A stretch of DNA of 32,647 nt from Nemertoderma westbladi (Eukaryota > Animalia > Xenacoelomorpha). The translations under genes were made by a program, and so were the position numbers. The stretch lies in assembly GCA_032718475.1 (NCBI GenBank), contig JAUCBJ010000890.1, positions 1 to 32,647 of the forward strand, read 5' to 3'. Below, piece by piece: positions 25,601 through 32,647 of this stretch (its first letter is position 1; the number at the start of each line of letters is the position of its first letter). Below the pieces are notes generated by a model. It saw nothing but the letters and a program-made list of their open reading frames with translations. It did not search any database and was not told the DNA's origin.

Positions 25601-25749
25601 ATTAAACTATAACTAATATGTTTAAACTAAAGATTTTTTCGCTGGCCTTAATTTCCTTTTAATGTACATTACAAACAAATCTGAAACTAACAAGCTGACT
25701 CTGAAAACAAACAATTACATTTACACTACAATACTACTCTATCCGTCAG

Positions 25750-27298
25750 ACCCTGGAACCTAAAAAAATTCGAAATTTTCGAATTTTTTGTATTATTTTT
25801 CATATTTTTGAAAAAAATGTCAAAAATTTGGGATTTTTTCCTAAAATACAAAGAATGATGATGAGTTAACTATGCTATTAGAGGTTCCAGTTAAGCGCCA
25901 CACCGCCATGGATCACGTGTCAAAATTTCAAGAAATTTCATCGAGCCGTTCTCGAGATAATGGGGCATTTGTAACGAAAATAACATGAAAAATTGAAGTA
26001 GGAGAAAAATGCATTCAAAGTTTTCAAACCTTCCCGCCAATTTTTATAAATGGGAGAATTTTCATGCATACCATTATTGTCAAATTTTGAAAGGACATTT
26101 TTTCTAACAAAAATTAAAACTTTCGCTATGGGCTTTTCTTGTTCCGTGATTTCACTTCCGATGTTAGTTTTCACGATTGACGGATTCTAGTCTGTCTGTC
26201 CGTCTGTCTGTCTTTTGGTTTGTCCGTCAAAATATAAAAAAGCATACAACACTCAAATAAAATTTTCTTATGGGGTTTTCCTGGTCTGTGACTCCATTTC
26301 CAAAGTCAGTTTTCACGATTGACGGATTCTAATATGTCTGTCCGTCCATTCTGTCTGTCTTTTGGTCCGTCCGTCATAATTTAAAAAAGCACACAACAAC
26401 TAAATAAAATTTTGTTATGGGGTTATTCTGGTCTGTGATTTCATTTCCAATGTCAGTTTTCACTATGGATGGATTCTAGTATGTCTGTCCGGTCCGTCCA
26501 TTCTGTCTGTCTTTTGGTGTGTCCGTCAAATTTAAAAAAGCACACAACACCTAAATAAAATTTTGCTATGGGGTTTTCCCGGTCTGTGATGTCATTTCCT
26601 ATGTCTGTTTTCACTATTAATGGATTCTAGTATGTCTCTCCGTCAATTCTGTCTGTCATTTGGTCTGTCCTTGACGGACAGACCAAATGACAGACAGACA
26701 GGCGGACAGACAGGACGAATAATCCGTAAATCCTAGAAACTGATACCAGAAACGAAATCACAGACCAGAAAAACCCCATAGCAAAATTTTTAGTTAGGTC
26801 TGGTGTATTTTTTATATTTTGACAGACAGACTAAAAAGACCGACAGACGGACAGATAGGACTAGACTCCATAAATTGTAGAAACTGATACCAGAAACGAT
26901 ATTACAGACCAGAAAAACCCAATAGCAATATCTTTAGTTAGGTCTGGTGTATTTTTTTATATTTTGACAGACAGACTAAAAAGACAGACAGACAGACAGA
27001 CGGACAGATAGGACTAGACTCAATAAATTTTAGAAACTGATACCATAAATGAATCTCAGAACAGGAAAACCCCATAGCCAAAAGTTTTAGCTCAATGTAG
27101 TGAGATTTTTTACACTGTATTTTCACAAACAGACAAAAAACAGACTAACCGACAAACAGACAGAGTTTCAAGCGGTTTGGTCTCATGATATGGTTTTAAA
27201 GTGTCAATATCCATAATCTACGGAAAATTGTGTTCTTAAACAACTAAAAAAAAAAAATCTCAAAAATTTTATTTTTTTGAAAATTTTAAGGGTTCCAT
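25750..27298. mobile_element. Non-autonomous foldback element with inverted arrays of ~140-150-bp GTCT/GTCC-rich units
   Basis: About 4 direct units (marker GTTTTCAC at 26167, 26309, 26456, 26607), then about 3 inverted units, with a hairpin centre at 26671-26675. Weak terminal inverted similarity: CTGGAACCTAAAAAAATTCGAAA versus TTTGAAAATTTTAAGGGTTCCAT. Confidence 0.7.
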
Positions 27299-27299
27299 C

Positions 27300-27931
27300 T
27301 ACGGTGGCTGAATGTGGCCAATTTAATTAATTTTAAAATGGGAAATATAAAAGGAAATTAATGAAATATAATTCCTTAAAACAGGAATTAATCAAATATA
27401 ATTCAACCCAAAACAGGAATTAATCAAATATAATTCAACCCAAAACAGGAATTAATCAAATATAATTCAACCCAAAACAGGAATTAATCAAATATAATTC
27501 AACCTAAAACAGGAATTAATCAAATATAATTCAACCCAAAACAGGAATTAATCAAATATAATTCAACCCAAAACAGGAATTAATCAAATATAATTCAACC
27601 CAAAACAGGAATTAATCAAATATAATTCAACCCAAAACAGGAATTAATCAAATATAATTCACCCCAAAACAGGAATTAATCAAATATAATTCAATCATTT
27701 TGGAGGGAAATTTAAAATATTGTCTCAGTGCAGTGCAGCAAATTGTCATTCCCTTTTCAGTCTATCAGTGCAGTACTGCAGTACCGGTTGCCCGTAGCTC
27801 TGTAAGCTTAGTTCTGTGGTTAGTTGTTAATCATTTAATCACTACTGAATACCGATCTACAGCCAACCCGGCAGCTTTCTTTTACCAATCTTCAGAAAGA
27901 TCGGTAATACCGTAGGATTAGTTAGTTCAGT
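27300..27931 (+). repeat. Left TIR (~632 bp)
   Basis: Reverse complement of 31964-32644. Essentially identical in the outer ~500 bp apart from array copy number, then diverging with indels over the inner ~130 bp. Confidence 0.95.
27378..27694 (+). repeat. 32-bp tandem array in the left TIR (10 copies)
   Basis: Unit AAAACAGGAATTAATCAAATATAATTCAACCC; ACAGG recurs every 32 bp from 27381 to 27669. No spacers. Confidence 0.97.
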
Positions 27932-28206
27932 AGTTTTAAAGGCTTATGGAACTATGAACTGTAGCATCGGCACTGATAGAGATGCTTGGCTCAGCGCAAT
28001 TTCTAAATTCCGGCATCTGGTGAAGGATTTCTTACTACCAGTGTAGCTTTTGCACAAGCCGCAATAAAACTTTTAAATAGGCTGGGCTGCTGGGTAGCAG
28101 GTGGTAGTCCTACGACGCCTACCGGTATAGTACTGTAGTAGCAGTAGATGTAGGGTGTTAGGGTATTCTATTGATATTGGCCCAATTGATTTAATTACGA
28201 ATTATA

Positions 28207-29379
28207 ATGCCCCAAGATTTTGAACTAGAATCACTTTTGGATCACTACTATTGGTTGGGGTACACACACAGCGAGATTTCAACATTGATGGATAGAAATG
28301 AAGGAATTCAAATATCAGTACGAACAATACGAAGACGTTTAAATTCTACTGAGCATCGTAAGGTTTTTGACCCAAGACAATTTGATGCGGTAGTTACGGC
28401 TTTAGAATTAGAGTCAATCAATAGGAAAACGGCTGGATATAGGCAATTACAGTATATTTTAATGGACGAGTACAAGCTTTTTGCGCCAAGGAAATTAATA
28501 GCTGCAGTAATAAGTATCATTGATTCAGTTGGTAGACAGTGCAGAATTGGGTCCAGATTAATTCGTAGAACCTATTTTTCCCAGGGCCCAAATTTTTTGC
28601 TTCATGTCGACGGATGGGATAAGCTAAAGCCCTTTGGCTTAACTGTACACGGCGCTATAGATGGTTTCAGTAGGAAGCTAATGTGGTTGAAAGCCAGCAG
28701 AACAAATAATGATCCATTTGTTACGGCACAATACTACTTAGACATGGTTGATGAAATTGGTGGCGTTCCTCACATTGTTAGATGCGATAGAGGTACTGAA
28801 AATGTGAATATTGAAACAATTCATCGATACCTACGACTTTGTGAAGAAAACTCTTTCATGACTACAACCAATTCAAATGTACCATTCATTTATGGTAAAA
28901 GTACGCGTAATCAACGCATAGAATCGTTCTGGTCCAAATTCCCAGTTTTAGGTATGTCAGAATGGATTTCTCATTTTACAGAATTGGAGCTAAGTGGAGA
29001 GGTAGACCTATCATTAACTCTGAATAAAGAAATCATTCGATATGTTTACTTAGATTTTCTCCAAGAAGTTCTGGACGGAATTCGAGTTCGCTGGAACAGT
29101 CATCGTCTTCGTCGCAGCGGATTAGCGGCCCCACCGGGAAAACCGGACCTACTTTATCTTCAAGAGCCAAACTTCGTACACAACGTTATACAAAGCGATA
29201 AGGAATTGATGAGACCTTTGGCGATTGCTAAACCAAAATGCAGTTATTTGATAGGAAATCTATTTAAAGACTACATTAATCTCGCTGGCCATGCAATAAA
29301 CCTTCCTAATGATTGCCATTCATTGCAAGACTGCCGTAGAACTATGTTGTATTTACTTCATGATGGGTTTGAACATTGA
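28207..29379 (+). CDS. DDE transposase, integrase-core/IS3-like fold (IS3EU-type), 390 aa, intronless and intact
   Basis: N-terminal HTH-like ISVRTIRRRL, then GYRQL and RLIRRTYFSQGPN. Candidate catalytic residues D135 (HVDGWDK), D194 (VRCDRGTEN) and E239 (NQRIESFW). Also HGAIDGFSR, WNSHRLR and PPGKPDLLY. Confidence 0.93.
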   Translation: MPQDFELESLLDHYYWLGYTHSEISTLMDRNEGIQISVRTIRRRLNSTEHRKVFDPRQFDAVVTALELESINRKTAGYRQLQYILMDEYKLFAPRKLIAAVISIIDSVGRQCRIGSRLIRRTYFSQGPNFLLHVDGWDKLKPFGLTVHGAIDGFSRKLMWLKASRTNNDPFVTAQYYLDMVDEIGGVPHIVRCDRGTENVNIETIHRYLRLCEENSFMTTTNSNVPFIYGKSTRNQRIESFWSKFPVLGMSEWISHFTELELSGEVDLSLTLNKEIIRYVYLDFLQEVLDGIRVRWNSHRLRRSGLAAPPGKPDLLYLQEPNFVHNVIQSDKELMRPLAIAKPKCSYLIGNLFKDYINLAGHAINLPNDCHSLQDCRRTMLYLLHDGFEH

Positions 29380-29708
29380 ACAGCTGTAGCCTGAAGGTTA
29401 TAATTAACTATTATAACCAGATTATCTAAGATTCCTGTTATGTTATGGAACCGCCCTCAAATATACAAATATCAATGATAAGTTCATATTATTTGTTATA
29501 TACAATCATTCAAACATGTTAACTATAGATTATACCAAATGAAATGAAATGAAAGCTGCATTATTATTTATTGCATGGTCTTATCATTACTTATTTACAA
29601 AAGTATCAACAATTAGCTAAATGTAAAAACTTGACTAAAACGTAAACCTAAAACGTATTAAAAAGTATTATAGCTTGAGTTTTTACTTGAGTTTTAAAAC
29701 TTGATTTT

Positions 29709-31879
29709 TTACTGCGTTGTAAATGTTGTCACCATAGATAAAGTGTGAGACATTCTATTTTTAAATAGTTCATAACTTGTAAGTATGGGTAAACTAATAG
29801 TATTTGAACAGGTATTTGCATGCGGTAGTCCAACAGTAAACGGGTTATCCTGTTCCTCTGGGTGAAGGAAAGTAACTGATGGCGTGGGATCGAATCCCAG
29901 CGGTGGGATCTCGTCAGCTCCTGTTACAAACGTGAGGACATCACTGAGTCCAATTATATCAGCTGATTCGGGAATCGTTATCTTTTCTAAATAAAAAAAT
30001 ATATAGTTAATTATAATAAATACGCCCTCAATATATATGTAATAATATAATAATAATAATATAATTATTATTATTATTATATTATATTGTATATTATATA
30101 TCAAAAGCAAACAGCACAAATTTGATTTATTTTAATATTTATTAATATATTTAATATTTATTCTATTATTAATTATTATATAATGATAACATTAGGGATG
30201 TCCCGGAATCGATATTTTGATTCCGGCCGGAACCGGAACCGGAATTCAACATGCCGGAATATTCCGGCCGGAACCGGAATTTTCTATAATTAGTGAAATA
30301 CACTAAATGACCCAAGAAACTTTATACATTTTTTGTGAAACAAATGTTTTTTTTAAATTTCTACAGCTAAGTTTGTTAATAATTATGTAAGATATCATAT
30401 GAGCAGCCTTGAAGTAAGTATTGTTAATTACACCTGAAAGTTTAAAATTACAACACATTAGTATACAATGGCCGATTTTGTAATACTATAATTTATTACA
30501 AATATAGTATATTTATTTATTTGATCATGGATTTAACAACCCTAAATAACATACTATTGTAATCCAGATTCAGTAACTTAGATGTTTCTCCTCCGATAAA
30601 GATTGGTAGCCCACTTATTTGGCGCATTGCTAAACGCATAAATTCTCTTTGAGGTCCCCCGGCGTCGATTCCTTCTTCACCTGCAAACTTTACGTCCAAA
30701 GTATACCATGGATTGAATTTCGGACGGGCAAAAGCGCGGAAACCACCATCTAGTACATCATCCCTTGTAACATTTACAATGTTTTTATATTCAGCAGATT
30801 CAATACGGTTCTCAAGTCGTTCCAGAATGTTTGTCAAACTATCGCTACAACAGAATAAATTAATGAAATTACATTAATGTTAATAAAACCAAATTAAATA
30901 AATAAATCGAAAACTGGGCAAGAATATCGAAGCACTATAAATAAACATCGCAATGCAAATAACTAAACTTATTATAAAGTAATCCTTACCTTAATGGTAT
31001 GTCATTCATTTGCGGAGTTGGTAAAGACGATGGTGTCTCTGGGTTCCAATCTACAGTGCCATTTGGAATAGGATAGGCAGTATTATCATCAGTACCAAGT
31101 GACTCGTTTGGAGGGATCTCCGAACTAATAGAGATAACATCAATATCAGACGAGACAACATTTTCGTTTATGTGTATATCTAAAGCTGTGTCCTCTTTAG
31201 ACATAGCAGTACCCAATATACATAAATGTGGAATTCCAACCACGCATTTATCTTTGATATAATCCATGATAGTATGGTATGTTTCGATAGATTCATCGCA
31301 AGCATCATGTATGGTAAATTCGTAATCAGCGCGTTTATTTGGTTTGCCATTCTTCTTTAATATAGGACTTACCCCTCCAGCATCACAAAATAGTTTATCA
31401 AGAACTTCACCTTTCACATTATCCAACCCTTCCTCAACGTTGGTGTATAATTTGACTTTATTTGATGCGCCAAGAGGCTTTTTAAGTAAAACTTTGCTTC
31501 GGCCACGTCCAGCGTAATCGAATTTAATCGTGAAGTTAACAACTCTGCTGTTCTCGCGTGGTCGACCACGGCCTACATGACGACGTGTAGCAGCCGCTCG
31601 AGATGCTATAGCCCTTCGACTATTACTATTCCCAAATGTAACTGATGCTGATTGTCTTCGTTGAGTATCAGTGTGAGTACCGTCATTACCAGTTTCAGGT
31701 CTACCATCTGCAGAAATCATCCTATTGCTGCCAGTGGGAGTACCGGCACTGGTACGTGATGGAGTCCATGACGGTGACCCAATACGACCACTTATCTCGT
31801 TTAATCTATTGTTAATTCGATGGCGCAGTTCAGCCAGTTCTGATCGAGATAAGTCAGGTGTATTGTCCTCGTCATCCAT
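29709..31879 (-). CDS. HECT-domain E3 ubiquitin ligase (G2E3-like), predicted exons 31879-30990, 30844-30555 and 29986-29709, ~485 aa, internally shortened HECT
   Basis: Exon 2 has the HECT start VNVTRDDVLDGG...LDVKFAGEEGIDAGGPQREFM. Exon 3 has the C-lobe VLTFVTGADEIPPLGF...LPHANTCSNTISLP (Cys codon 29808-29810) and Phe at -4 (FTTQ*). Splice sites AG|GTAAGG...TTGTAG| (phase 2) and A|GTATGT...TTTAG| (phase 1) join the exons in frame (890+290+278 = 1458 nt). Confidence 0.82.
30194..30282. mobile_element. Single hAT-like MITE terminus within HECT intron 2
   Basis: TAGGGATGTCCCGG followed by clustered CCGGAA/TTCCGG subterminal repeats, a GC-rich island in a very AT-rich intron. No matching opposite end found. 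Confidence 0.6.
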
Positions 31880-31963
31880 TTTCAATAGACTATGCCTGCC
31901 TATAGGCCTACTTCATATGTCTTACCTGCAGTACAGTACAGTTCTATATTATACAACTACGGA

Positions 31964-32644
31964 ACTGAACTAACTAATCTTACGGAATTACCGGTCTTTC
32001 TGAAGATTGGTAAGGTAAAGCTGCCGGGTTGGCCGTAGTCAGGTCGTATCGGTCTGTCGGTAGTCAGTAATGATTAAAAGATTAACAACTAACCACAGAA
32101 CTAAGTTTACAGAGCTACGGGCAACCGGTACTGCAGTACTGCACTGATAGACTGAAAAGGGAATGACAATTTGCTGCACTGCACTGAGACAATATTTTAA
32201 ATTTCCCTCCAAAATGATTGAATTATATTTGATTAATTCCTGTTTTGGGGTGAATTATATTTGATTAATTCCTGTTTTGGGTTGAATTATATTTGATTAA
32301 TTCCTGTTTTGGGTTGAATTATATTTGATTAATTCCTGTTTTGGGTTGAATTATATTTGATTAATTCCTGTTTTGGGTTGAATTATATTTGATTAATTCC
32401 TGTTTTAGGTTGAATTATATTTGATTAATTCCTGTTTTGGGTTGAATTATATTTGATTAATTCCTGTTTTGGGTTGAATTATATTTGATTAATTCCTGTT
32501 TTGGGTTGAATTATATTTGATTAATTCCTGTTTTGGGTTGAATTATATTTGATTAATTCCTGTTTTAAGGAATTATATTTCATTAATTTCCTTTTATATT
32601 TCCCATTTTAAAATTAATTAAATTGGCCACATTCAGCCACCGTA
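31964..32644 (-). repeat. Right TIR (~681 bp) including an 11-copy 32-bp array (~32218-32566)
   Basis: CCTGT recurs every 32 bp from 32239 to 32559; inverted copy of the left TIR. Confidence 0.95.
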
Positions 32645-32647
32645 GTT

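Larger units (their letters stand above)
27300..32644. mobile_element. IS3EU-like DNA transposon (~5.35 kb) with both ends intact and long TIRs, encoding a DDE transposase and a HECT E3 ligase
   Basis: TACGGTGGCTGAATGTGGCC at 27300 and GGCCACATTCAGCCACCGTA ending at 32644; TIRs near-identical over >500 bp; two convergent genes inside. The right flank GTT matches the start of the left flank GTTCCATC, consistent with a TSD cut by the window edge. The IS3EU label relies on my recollection of TAY..RTA termini and a two-protein layout for that superfamily. Confidence 0.9.

Noticed and set aside
27378-27694. 32-bp arrays as a CRISPR array
   Set aside because: Units are head-to-tail with no unique spacers, there are no cas genes, the context is eukaryotic, and the arrays are mirrored parts of TIRs.
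28207-29379. Bacterial IS3/IS481 contamination or a retroviral integrase
   Set aside because: It shares TIRs with a gene bearing GT-AG introns, lies among animal TEs, has no linked RT or gag, and has very long TIRs.
29987-30119. Hydrophobic N-terminus of ORF 29709-30119 as a transmembrane segment
   Set aside because: It is a translation of AT-rich low-complexity intron upstream of the splice acceptor at 29987.

Overview
AT-rich eukaryotic DNA, most likely from an invertebrate animal, made almost entirely of transposable elements; I found no ordinary host gene. Positions 1-27 kb are nested, decayed elements: a 1.9-kb repeat in two copies, four LINE fragments, a piggyBac remnant, MITEs and foldbacks, a possible gag relic, an internally deleted BEL/Pao retrotransposon with an unexplained extra 3' coding region, a Penelope remnant and a foldback minisatellite element. 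The standout is a young, terminally complete 5.3-kb DNA transposon at 27300-32644. It has TAC...GTA ends and ~630-680-bp TIRs, each holding a 32-bp tandem array. It encodes an intact 390-aa IS3/integrase-fold DDE transposase (IS3EU-like) and, convergently, a predicted 3-exon, ~485-aa HECT-type E3 ubiquitin ligase. That ligase keeps its catalytic Cys but lacks much of the N-lobe, and it carries a candidate SUMO-interacting motif. All calls come from reading motifs by eye; no database searches were run.
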